From Planctomycetota bacterium (lineage in GTDB: Bacteria; Planctomycetota; UBA8742; UBA2392): a stretch of DNA of 63,934 nucleotides. The position numbers and the translations under genes were made by a program. This document shows, in pieces, positions 31,068-39,689 of the stretch. Under the pieces are notes generated by a model, which saw only the letters and a program-made list of their open reading frames with translations, made no database searches and was not told the DNA's origin. Location: positions 1 through 63,934 of the forward strand of contig JAGQRE010000006.1 of NCBI GenBank assembly GCA_020425695.1, in the 5' to 3' direction. Within the stretch, counting starts at the first letter, position 1; each line of letters begins with the position of its first letter.

Positions 31068-31143
31068 TGCGGGGTGGAGCAGATGGCAGCTCGCAAGGCT
31101 CATAACCTTGAGGTCGCAGGTTCGAGTCCTGCCCCCGCTACCA
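31068..31143 (+). tRNA. tRNA-Met (anticodon CAU), initiator-like
   Basis: Cloverleaf read by hand: acceptor UGCGGGG/CCCCGCU, D arm GAGC-AGAUGGCA-GCUC, anticodon arm CAAGG-CUCAUAA-CCUUG, variable AGGUC, T arm GCAGG-UUCGAGU-CCUGC, then ACCA. It runs closely parallel to E. coli tRNA-fMet. Confidence 0.9.
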
Positions 31144-32743
31144 ATTTCAGTACAGAATCGAGGGCGCCCGTCAGGGAGCCCTCGATTCTCATTTGGCCCT
31201 GAGCGTCCACCAGGATCGCCGAAACGTGATGCATCAGCTCATGCCTGAACTGATGCACGTCTTGGCTTGCTAGAAGACCTCGGATGTCTTCCATCTCCGC
31301 TCTTACTCGGTCTTCTAGTCCAACCAGCAAGTCCTTCTTCACCAATGAGTTGATGCCATCCAGTGCATCGGCGACGGTGGTTCTACGTTTTGCCTTCTCT
31401 TGCAGTTGCTTGGCGAGCTCCGGTACGTCGGTAGCAATGGTCATCGCTCGCGACAGCTTCTCGATCTCCTTGTCCAGCTTCTTCTGTTCCTTCTCCAGTC
31501 GCTTCCGATCCGCCGCATGACTGCCGCGGTGTTCGGTGATCAGCTTCTCGATTGCCTCAGTGATGATCGCGACGCTCTCCTCGTTGAGGATGTTCTCTTC
31601 GATGGCTTTCATGACGGAGTCCATCAGCGTGGCCTGATCGACCTTAGTGGAGTTGGCACAGATGCTGGAACCGCGCCGGCGGTTGTAGCTGCAGGCGTAA
31701 TTGACGTAGGTGTGTCCCTTGCGGCTGGTCTTGATTGCCATGTAGGTCGCTCCGCAGTCCGCACACTTGATGATGCCGGCGAAGGGATAGCGGATGTTCC
31801 GGTGTGCAGTGGATGCCTTTGTCGATTTCCGCTTGCCCAGGCGATCAGCAACAGCACGCCAGAGGTCATCAGTGATGATGCGGAGATCCGGCATCTTCTT
31901 GATCTTCCACTCTGATCGCGGGTTGTTCCGCTTCGTCTTGGTTCCGTCGTTCTTTCGGAAGAACTGCTGGCGGTTGTAGATCAGGCAGCCGGTGTAGGTC
32001 TCGTTGTGGATGATCCCCCGGATGGTCGACGGATCGAAGCCTCGGCCGCTGTCCGGTGTCGGCACCGCGGCGTCGTTCAATCGCTCGGCGATCTTGCGCA
32101 GTCCCATGCCCTGGCTCGACCAAGTGAATATGTCTTTGACGACCCTGGCGCGCAGCGGATCAACCTCGAGCACCGTTCGTTGGATCACGTGACCGCCCTT
32201 GCCGGTGCGGCCCTTGGGGTCGGCGATTTTCTTCAGCTTGTAGCCGTAGGGTGGTCGCCCGCCGGTCCAGAAGCCCTCGGAGTTGGCTTGTTCCTGCCCG
32301 CGTCGCGTCTCGGCTGCAAGGTTGGCGGAGTAGAATTCGTCGAGGCATTCGAGAATTCCTTCCATCAGCTTGCCGTGTGCCGACTCGGGGTCGACCGGCT
32401 CCGACACGCTTCGGACGACGATCCCGCGCTTGCGTAGCAGGCCTTTGACCAGGATCGACTCTTCGCGATTGCGGGCGAGTCGGCTGAATTTCCAGACCAG
32501 CACTGTGGAGAAACGGGGTGGGTCGTCCTTGGCGGCAATGATCATCTCTTGGTAGGCGGCGCGCTCGCGATTCCGGCCTGACATGGCGGAGTCGGTGAAC
32601 ACCAGGTCGGCTGGAACGGTCAGCCCGTTGGCTTCGGCGAACTGCCGGCACTTCTCGACCTGTGAATCGATGGACGAGTCATCCTGTAGTTCGGAACTGA
32701 AGCGCGCGTAGATCGCGGCGATGTTGGTTACGTTTGTAGTCAT
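31100..32743 (-). CDS. Large serine recombinase (integrase)
   Basis: AAIYARFSSELQDDSSIDSQ (catalytic Ser block), GGRPPYGYK recombinase domain, zinc ribbon CADCGATY...YACS...C, and a coiled-coil region. The start is at ATG 32743. The 3' end runs through the repeat into the tRNA. Confidence 0.9.
   Translation of the reverse strand: MTTNVTNIAAIYARFSSELQDDSSIDSQVEKCRQFAEANGLTVPADLVFTDSAMSGRNRERAAYQEMIIAAKDDPPRFSTVLVWKFSRLARNREESILVKGLLRKRGIVVRSVSEPVDPESAHGKLMEGILECLDEFYSANLAAETRRGQEQANSEGFWTGGRPPYGYKLKKIADPKGRTGKGGHVIQRTVLEVDPLRARVVKDIFTWSSQGMGLRKIAERLNDAAVPTPDSGRGFDPSTIRGIIHNETYTGCLIYNRQQFFRKNDGTKTKRNNPRSEWKIKKMPDLRIITDDLWRAVADRLGKRKSTKASTAHRNIRYPFAGIIKCADCGATYMAIKTSRKGHTYVNYACSYNRRRGSSICANSTKVDQATLMDSVMKAIEENILNEESVAIITEAIEKLITEHRGSHAADRKRLEKEQKKLDKEIEKLSRAMTIATDVPELAKQLQEKAKRRTTVADALDGINSLVKKDLLVGLEDRVRAEMEDIRGLLASQDVHQFRHELMHHVSAILVDAQGQMRIEGSLTGALDSVLKLVAGAGLEPATSRL
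31131..31207. repeat. Direct repeat, left copy (attL side): tRNA 3' end + downstream hairpin
   Basis: Identical base for base to 63858-63934. The preceding bases differ (…tcct|g vs …tcgg|g). Confidence 0.9.
31155..31188 (+). terminator. Hairpin downstream of tRNA (inside the direct repeat)
   Basis: GAATCGAGGGC-12 nt-GCCCTCGATTC is an 11-bp stem, followed by tcattt. Confidence 0.5.
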
Positions 32744-33058
32744 GGGAACCTCCAAATATGAACAGGGGCCCACGGAATCGTGGGCCCCTGTTCGGCGTCA
32801 ATTTTACGGTTGGTTACACATCCCTCTTCGGGGTCCATCTACTTCGGTGACATTTGCGACCCACTCTCGCCCGTTCTCCGAGGTTCTTCTTGGCCCCTTC
32901 CTTGCATGGAAGCAGGTCCAGAGGCCTCTGGGGCCGTCTCGGATTTCTTGGAAGCAGAAGAAGCTGCCTTCTGGCCCTCGAGGATCTTGTCGGCGATCGC
33001 TTCCGCCAAGAGACGGAGGAAGCCGGCGAACGGGTGGGGTTGCTTGTCTGGCGAGCCA

Positions 33059-33634
33059 CTATTCGGCACGCGTTTTGGCCAACCAATCGACGAGGTCTTC
33101 GGCAATCTCATCGAACACTGCGTGCTGACGCTTCATTTCTTTGCTTGTCTTGAAGTGCATCCCTCCGACGAGTGAGAACTGACTGAGCTTCAAGCAGCAG
33201 AGTTCGGCCAGCAACTCACTGATTAACACTGCACCCCAGTCTCTTGCGCCTTCGATCATCAGCACCTGCGCAACATCTTCTTCCGTCAACTCCCCGGGGA
33301 ATTGCTTGCGCCGGTCAGTCTGGGGAAGCTTGACTACAGCTGCTTTCCAGACGTCGACAACGTCCTTGGTGTGGACCAAGCCTTCCATGAGGATCGTGAT
33401 GTCACTCATGAACTGAATGAAGTGGAACGGGTAACCGCGCGACTTCCGCATAGCGATGAGGCACCACAGTGCCACGATCTTGCTCTTCGCATCGGGGGAG
33501 ATAGGCACGCGTTGTTCCCTCGGCTTGTACCCCTTTCGTTGGTTGGGCTGTTTCTTCGGTTTCGGTCTGTGCTTGTCCTTGTTCGGCTTCCTTTTCTTTC
33601 GCTTGCCCTGCTGTCGGTTCTTGTGACTGCTCAC
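33059..33634 (-). CDS. Hypothetical protein with polybasic N-terminal tail
   Basis: GTG 33634 is preceded by AAAGGA. The N-terminus reads VSSHKNRQQGKRKKRKPNKDKHRPKPKKQPNQRKG. The longer ORF-track version (to 33850) has an implausible N-terminus. Confidence 0.45.
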   Translation of the reverse strand: MSSHKNRQQGKRKKRKPNKDKHRPKPKKQPNQRKGYKPREQRVPISPDAKSKIVALWCLIAMRKSRGYPFHFIQFMSDITILMEGLVHTKDVVDVWKAAVVKLPQTDRRKQFPGELTEEDVAQVLMIEGARDWGAVLISELLAELCCLKLSQFSLVGGMHFKTSKEMKRQHAVFDEIAEDLVDWLAKTRAE

Positions 33635-33928
33635 AGTGAATCCTTTCGTCGCCCCGAGAATAGAAACTGGAGCCGCCCACCCTCGTCGGGGAGTGCGAGA
33701 GTGGGCGTATAGGATTGGGTGGTGTTCATCGCTGAACGGCGCTGGAAGACACCGAGTAGCAGCGTTGACCCGCGGCAGTTCGCGTGAGCGGTATTTCCAG
33801 TTGTCCGGTGCGAACGCGGAACCGCCGACTCCTGCGTGACATTCGTTCAACTACTGGACAGAAGGGCACCTCTGGGGTCGTGTTTGCACGACCCATTTGA
33901 GATGTCCTTCTCCATACGAGTGATTCAG

Positions 33929-34402
33929 TTATTCTTTGCGGTACTCCAGATCAGCTTCGGCGAGCTTTGCTGCTATCGAAGACAGCATTAGGACGTAGTT
34001 CGTGGCATGGATGTATCCCCAGGCCGAACGCCAGTGCGACTTCAGGATGAAGTTCAGCTCCTGCAATACCGGAAACAGGCGGCTCTTTTCGGACGAGCCG
34101 TAAACTCCTTCTTCCAAGATGCTCTTCAGGTTTTCTACCGTGCTCGCGAACTCATTCAGATCGAAGCTTTCGCAGTGGACCGCGTCGGTTTCGTCACACC
34201 GCGGAGTTTGGTTGGCCTGTCGATGTTCCTCAATCAAGCTTTCAACCACACTGATCAGCTTGATCGGAACTTCGAACTTGTCCTCTGGGTGCTGCCCGAA
34301 CAGATCCTCAGGACAGTAACCCGCCAACACTTTGGCTATATCGGGCACCCAGTCATCCATGATCTCAAAAGGTACTGCAACGTTTCGACCATTCATTTCC
34401 AT
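33929..34402 (-). CDS. Hypothetical protein (157 aa, acidic)
   Basis: ATG 34402 is preceded by GAAAGGAAACAAG. No motif recognised. Confidence 0.5.
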   Translation of the reverse strand: MEMNGRNVAVPFEIMDDWVPDIAKVLAGYCPEDLFGQHPEDKFEVPIKLISVVESLIEEHRQANQTPRCDETDAVHCESFDLNEFASTVENLKSILEEGVYGSSEKSRLFPVLQELNFILKSHWRSAWGYIHATNYVLMLSSIAAKLAEADLEYRKE

Positions 34403-34428
34403 CTTGTTTCCTTTCGTAAGAAATAGAG

Positions 34429-34454
34429 TGGACCGGCCACAGCGAGCCGGTCCA
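34429..34454 (-). promoter_or_regulatory. Leader hairpin 27 nt upstream of the 34402 start
   Basis: TGGACCGGC-8 nt-GCCGGTCCA is a perfect 9-bp stem. It shares the GGACCGG core with the 94-bp repeats. Confidence 0.4.
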
Positions 34455-34696
34455 GTTAGATTTGGTAGTTTCCGATGTCGGCTAGTCTTTCCCGTCCTCG
34501 CGCATGTCGCGGATTCTGGAAACTAGCTAACGGCACTTCACAAACTGTTTAGTGCGGTGCTACTTTTGCATGGCTAACTCCTTTCTCACATTGATCGGAA
34601 GACTCATTAGTTCCACTAGGAACGAAGAGTGCCTAGTCTCTGTAGGTAAGTTCCCTTGTCACAAAACCGAAGCTTTGGCAGTGGTGGCTTGAGCCC

Positions 34697-35872
34697 TCAT
34701 TGTTGAGAAGGAGTTCGTTGCGCGATTGCCGCTCCCTCAGCAGTTTCGGCTCGCGTTGCTTGGCCCATGGAGTGAAACATTGACCCCCAGATCACCTCAC
34801 TATCAGCCATGCAAGCACTGAATTTCGACAAGGGGCCGACTTCCTTGTCACCCCAGTCATAGTCTTCTGCCTCGCCAAAGAGCGCTTCAACGGACTGCCG
34901 TGCACGTTCTAGGCACTCCTTGCCGTTCTTTTGGAGTTGAACTTTCTGCAGCGCATGATCGAGAGAGACTAAGTGTTGAGCTACCCTCAGACTCCACAGG
35001 TCGCTCTTCTTGCTGCCGGCCGATACCTCAGGCGACATGAAGTCCAGCGACTGCACGCACTTCCAGAAAACTCTGTCCGGATCACCAGGGTCGTCAACCT
35101 TGATGATGGGCTTGAACCAGTTCGTAGTCACTTCTTGCCAGAGGAATTGCAGAGCACCGTCGGCGAGCTCTGTCACTAACTCGCTTCCTCCACACTGCTG
35201 AATCCAACGGCCTCCGTTGATCTTCGCAGTTAGCCTGTAGGCCGGCCTTTTGGGATCGTAGGCGTCGGATACTTTCCGTGACGACACTCGCCAACCGGGT
35301 GACGTTTGTCTATCAGTTTGCGTGTACTCGAAAGCAATGCCGCCGTCGCTTCTCGCCCGGCCGTATTTGACTGTCTTCCTCGGTGGCAAGTTGGAACCAG
35401 CTAGGTGGGTGACCATCTCCAGGGTCACTGGCTCTGTAAGGCAAGCTATGGAGTTCGGGAGCTCCGGCGTTGGGCCATGAGTGCCCTGCATGTCGGCATA
35501 TAGCTCGATGTATTGGACTGCAACGTCGACACTAGACCCGCTGATGTACTCTGGAATCTTTCCGATTGCCGCGAGCAGCTGCTTGGGAGTGGTCGTACTT
35601 GAAGCCCCTTGACCGATCCTCACCCTGAATTTGCTGCTGTCGATCGGATCTGCGTCCTTCGCGGGGAAGGCGATGATCCCTTGAGCAATGTTTGTGGCCA
35701 GTCGTGTAACGTCGACCGTTTCAATAACCACGTCCACATCCTCGATGAAGTGCGGATTGTTGTCCTCCAGCTCAATTAGTCTTTGAGATGCAACGGGGTT
35801 GGGCAGTTCGAAATCCGCTACGATCTGCGAGATGCCGCACCCAATGGTCTTTGGTTCTTCGTCTGTAAACAT
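34697..35872 (-). CDS. Hypothetical protein, distant paralog of 36137..37231 (possibly Rep_trans-like replication initiator)
   Basis: ATG 35872 follows AGGAGGAATAAA. Blocks shared with its paralog: IGCGISQI/ICSGIDGL, YIELYADMQGT/SIDLYVDMQDT, YDPKRPAYRL/YDPGKTVRRL, LWQEVTTNWF/LWTYLTEKWF. Confidence 0.5.
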   Translation of the reverse strand: MFTDEEPKTIGCGISQIVADFELPNPVASQRLIELEDNNPHFIEDVDVVIETVDVTRLATNIAQGIIAFPAKDADPIDSSKFRVRIGQGASSTTTPKQLLAAIGKIPEYISGSSVDVAVQYIELYADMQGTHGPTPELPNSIACLTEPVTLEMVTHLAGSNLPPRKTVKYGRARSDGGIAFEYTQTDRQTSPGWRVSSRKVSDAYDPKRPAYRLTAKINGGRWIQQCGGSELVTELADGALQFLWQEVTTNWFKPIIKVDDPGDPDRVFWKCVQSLDFMSPEVSAGSKKSDLWSLRVAQHLVSLDHALQKVQLQKNGKECLERARQSVEALFGEAEDYDWGDKEVGPLSKFSACMADSEVIWGSMFHSMGQATRAETAEGAAIAQRTPSQQ

Positions 35873-35901
35873 TTTATTCCTCCTAAACTAGCGGGCCGAC
35901 C

Positions 35902-35995
35902 GGTGACGGTGCGACGAGCACCGGTCCGAAGGCCCGAGAAAAGTGATTTGCGATTGATGACTGCCTTAGCTGTGTGAATGCCAGCGCGGAGCGCG
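35902..35995. repeat. 94-bp leader/promoter repeat, copy 1
   Basis: About 91% identical (8 mismatches, counted by eye) to 37718-37811. It starts 30 nt upstream of ATG 35872 and contains the hairpin CGGTGC-N5-GCACCG. Confidence 0.85.
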
Positions 35996-36136
35996 TGAAC
36001 GTGGGCAGTTGATCTTGGCGGGTGCGCACGCGTTTGTGGCACCGTCTATAGATAGGCGGTTTCGGGCTATATAAGACGCACGGCAGTGCAAGCTGCGGAT
36101 CGTGGTATCTGCCCGGTAAGGCCACGCCCGCTAGGG

Positions 36137-37231
36137 CTACAGTTCCAGGCCTTCAAGCGGATCTTCATAATCGTCTGCATCGCGCTCGGAGTCCGACTCT
36201 TCGCGTCGGGCGATCAGCAGTTGCGCCGCATCCAGCAAAGTTAGCTGAGCCAGCTTGCAGTCTTCTTCACTATCAGAAAGCCCCGCGATCTTGCGCAGAT
36301 GTCCAGCGGCCTGCTTGACCCTGGAGTCCAGTTGCAGTGCTGCATTCGAAACAACTGTCCGGTCAAGCACTGGCCTCTTTGCTAGCGGTAACTCGTCTTG
36401 CACCAACTTCCACCAACGGTGCGTCTTGATCTTCTTCCTCGTATTCGTCTTGGGTGTAGCCAGCAACCGGAACCACTTTTCAGTCAGGTAGGTCCACAGA
36501 GTGTTCAGTCCACCCGACGCTAACTGGTCGACTTCGGGCTTCACTCCTGCACTTGCAAACCGAGCAGGACCCCGCACACGAAACTCCAGTCGCCTGACAG
36601 TCTTTCCTGGGTCGTACTGCTCGTTGAGCTGCCAGTGTTGAACTCGCCAGTCCACAGCTTTCAAACTGGGCTTCTCGTAGTACACAGCGACGATGCTGTC
36701 GCTCGTCCGCTGTGAGTCTCCCCACCTCATCGTGCGAATTGGCTGGCCTTCGACATTCAGTACATCGTGCTCGCACAAGTCTTTTGAGCGCTGTGCACGA
36801 CAATTGACCCGGTTCTTCAGACTCTTGTCCGGACGGGACGTGTCCTGCATGTCCACGTAGAGGTCGATTGAAGAGACTCTGCAGTGGACGTTCGCGCCGA
36901 AGATCTGGGCTGCGATTTGCTGGCTGCACCTGAAGAGCTCTTCGGTGCCAAGGACTGCGTTCGTGCGTGCCCCGGCGATGATGCGGAAGTTGTCGTGGCC
37001 GGTTTCGTTGCTTTTGCCGATGTGGTAGCCGACGAAGTCGTGCATCCCTTGCAGCAATACAGAGTCTTTCCGGCGGCTCGTCAGCGCGACAGATGCGCCT
37101 TCCACTTCATACGGTCCGCGGTGAATCAGCCTGTCCCATTCGGTCAGCGTCATCGCTCGTTGCAGCTCGACGGTGATTTGCAGCCCGTCGATGCCCGAGC
37201 AAATGATTCGGGGCTTCGTTCTAAACATCAT
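36137..37231 (-). CDS. Hypothetical protein, paralog of 34697..35872 (possibly Rep_trans-like)
   Basis: AAGGAGAAG precedes ATGATG (37231/37228). SSIDLYVDMQ, TMRWGDSQRTSDSIVAVYYEKP and VRRLEFRVRG resemble rolling-circle Rep_trans blocks, but the match is weak. Confidence 0.5.
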   Translation of the reverse strand: MMFRTKPRIICSGIDGLQITVELQRAMTLTEWDRLIHRGPYEVEGASVALTSRRKDSVLLQGMHDFVGYHIGKSNETGHDNFRIIAGARTNAVLGTEELFRCSQQIAAQIFGANVHCRVSSIDLYVDMQDTSRPDKSLKNRVNCRAQRSKDLCEHDVLNVEGQPIRTMRWGDSQRTSDSIVAVYYEKPSLKAVDWRVQHWQLNEQYDPGKTVRRLEFRVRGPARFASAGVKPEVDQLASGGLNTLWTYLTEKWFRLLATPKTNTRKKIKTHRWWKLVQDELPLAKRPVLDRTVVSNAALQLDSRVKQAAGHLRKIAGLSDSEEDCKLAQLTLLDAAQLLIARREESDSERDADDYEDPLEGLEL

Positions 37232-37323
37232 CTTCTCCTTGTTGTTGGTGATTTGAGTGGCCTTGGACGAGCGGGGGCTAGGACTGTGCGTCGTCCTGGC
37301 CCCCACGTGGCAATCCGTGTGAG

Positions 37324-37689
37324 CTAGTCCTCGATGGCGTCCAGCGCCTCTTCGACTTCGTCTTCCACGACTTCGGACTCGGCCGGGGTGGTGGGATCCG
37401 ATTCCGCCGGCGGGCTGACGTCTACCGCCTCGAAGCCGTACTCTTCGAGCAGTTCGAGCGTGCGAGTGTGTTGTTCTTTGATCTTGCGCTCGAGAAGCCG
37501 GCGAAAGGCGCTGAACGCCTGCTTGCCGTGTTTCGGAACCTTGAGACCGTGTTTGGTGTACAACTCCTCGGCCACGACGTTCGCGTCCTCGCCGTCGATG
37601 GCGATTCGCGCATACGCCTTCAGCCTTTCCTCGTACGGGATGTTGTTCTTCGAGGTCTTGCCTAGCGGGGGAATGATGAAGCTCTTCAT
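37324..37689 (-). CDS. Hypothetical small protein (121 aa, acidic C-tail)
   Basis: ATG 37689 follows AGGAGCAGTAAA. The start lies inside ORF 37324..37737. Confidence 0.5.
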   Translation of the reverse strand: MKSFIIPPLGKTSKNNIPYEERLKAYARIAIDGEDANVVAEELYTKHGLKVPKHGKQAFSAFRRLLERKIKEQHTRTLELLEEYGFEAVDVSPPAESDPTTPAESEVVEDEVEEALDAIED

Positions 37690-37717
37690 TTTACTGCTCC
37701 TGTATTGTGGACCTGCG

Positions 37718-37811
37718 GGTGACGGTGCGACGTGCACCGGTCCGGAAGCCCGAGAAAAGTGATTTGCGATTGATGATTGCCTTAGCTGTGTAAATGGCAG
37801 CGCGAGGCGCG
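37718..37811. repeat. 94-bp leader/promoter repeat, copy 2
   Basis: It starts 29 nt upstream of ATG 37689, the same spacing as copy 1. Confidence 0.85.
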
Positions 37812-38112
37812 CTGCCCTGGCCGGCGGGGCGGCCAGTTGTGAACTGTAGTGCAGATGCTGCTGGGGTAGGTCATCGGCCGCAGGGGCCTTTGTGACGGGG
37901 TTCTAGCGGTGATGGTGGTTGTGGGGGTGGCGCGTCGCCGTACCCTTTGAAAAGGACGACGCGCCCAAGATTCGACCGGTCTTTCTGCCCCGGGGAAATC
38001 TCAGTCCCTACAACCTAGTCCATTCGGCGAGATATAAGCCGCGCTCAACGGAACGAATGATGATATGCGGCTGCGCGAGGGTCTCAACTGGCCCATCATC
38101 TCGTAGTTGAAC

Positions 38113-39060
38113 CTAGCGGCTGACCCGCTTTGCGCCCCATCCCAGATGCCGGCGTAACCACTCTGCGTCGGATATCCCGAGTTCATTCTTCTTCATGTTG
38201 TAGAACTTTGGTCCAAGCTTTGCCGGATTCTCGCTACCGAAGAACTCGCGAGCTAGTCGCGGCATGTTCCAGTACATCCACTGATGTCGAGTACCCAACG
38301 CCCTCTTGGACTTGATCAGGCCGAACTCCACGAAGTAGGACGCTACATCATCGAATCCAATCTTGGGCACCCGCACTCGGTCCACTTCCTTAACCTTCGA
38401 CTTCTCGGCCTTCGTGTACGCAATCAGCGCAGTGACAACTGAAGCCAAGTTTTCACGTGCATTGCCATTAGCGCGCTCGCAGCAGCGAGCCAGAAACACG
38501 AACAATGGCTTGAACTGTTTGCGGTCCACTTGGTCCATCATCGCAATCATGTGGTTTGCACGAACTTCTGCTTTCTCCGCGGCCTGTTCTTCACGCCAAG
38601 CGTCGTAGTCCTCTTGGCGCTCCAAACCCTCAGCTTCTGCACGCCGCTGACCGCGCTCGCTCGAGCTCTCAGCCAACATGTCTCGAAGCAACTTCGCGTC
38701 TTGTACCCGCTTTATGCGATAGTCGCGCAACTCTGACCGCTTCCACAGAGACACTGTCGGAGCGCCATGGACGAACGTGGACTTCAACGTTCGTCGGACT
38801 TCTGTGACGTACCGCCTTCTCTTCTTGTCCGACTTTCGGCCACAAAGACCTCGAACGAAGTACGGGTCAACGTGGGGGTTCTCCAAGAGCAGAAAATCCG
38901 TCAGGCGGTCGGTGACCTCATCTTCGGTAATGAACTCCCTAGACCGTGCTTCTGCCGGCTGACCGCCTGAACACTTCGTCCAGTTCTTCAGCATGTCTCT
39001 GCAACGGGATGCTTCTTGCCTTACTTCTCGTTCAAAAACTCCATCAGACTTCTTTCCCAT
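38113..39060 (-). CDS. Hypothetical protein (315 aa)
   Basis: ATG 39060 follows GAGGAGTGTAG. Charged and coiled-coil-like in the middle, with no motif recognised. Confidence 0.5.
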   Translation of the reverse strand: MGKKSDGVFEREVRQEASRCRDMLKNWTKCSGGQPAEARSREFITEDEVTDRLTDFLLLENPHVDPYFVRGLCGRKSDKKRRRYVTEVRRTLKSTFVHGAPTVSLWKRSELRDYRIKRVQDAKLLRDMLAESSSERGQRRAEAEGLERQEDYDAWREEQAAEKAEVRANHMIAMMDQVDRKQFKPLFVFLARCCERANGNARENLASVVTALIAYTKAEKSKVKEVDRVRVPKIGFDDVASYFVEFGLIKSKRALGTRHQWMYWNMPRLAREFFGSENPAKLGPKFYNMKKNELGISDAEWLRRHLGWGAKRVSR

Positions 39061-39689
39061 CTACACTCCTCGGTTGTGGCGCCGCCCCATGCGGCGCTGA
39101 AGGAAGAACGCCATCAAATGCGCGTCCGAGTCCTGAATTATAGCTCCTGCAAATCGCGTCCCTGCTCGCGACGATTTCGAGCCAAAACCGTCACCACCAT
39201 CCGTTCGGCGACGTTTCGAGCTCCTTCCGACTTGGCTGTGGCACATCTTGTGGTGCAACTTTTTTCAGTTTTCTGAGTTGGCGGTTCGGGTTCTCAGATA
39301 CCCCCCGGGGGTCATACCGGGGGTGGGCTCACGGATGCGAAAAAAACTGATTCAGCCGATTGCCCCGATCCGTGCGTGCGAGCCTTTGGAGCAGGACATG
39401 CCAGCATGGTGACGTCATCGACGGTCAAGGCTTGGCAGCACTTGGGGGCGGACAGACGAACTCAACTGCCAACACTTCGTCCCGGGTCGAGGATCTCACG
39501 GATCACCATCTCGTGGAGGCTCTCTTGCCCATGCCGGAAATCGGGGAGTCACTCGCCCATTCTCAACGGCTCAAGCCTACCGGGGGCACAAGTTGTAGGT
39601 GACGCCTTGGTCACGCTTCGGCGGAGCGTGGTACATCTTGTGAAAACTCGGCTCCTGAGCCTTGCTTCGTGCCAGCACCACATCAGTTT

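Noticed and set aside
31027-31248. ORF 31027..31248 (+) spanning the tRNA
   Set aside because: It overlaps a well-folded tRNA gene and the direct repeat, and its translation is low-complexity.
35960-35990. Sigma54-like GG-N10-GC (TGGCATTCACACAGCT, minus strand) inside copy 1 of the 94-bp repeat
   Set aside because: The equivalent position in copy 2 reads TGCCAT (GG lost). The motif is therefore not conserved between the two copies and is probably fortuitous.
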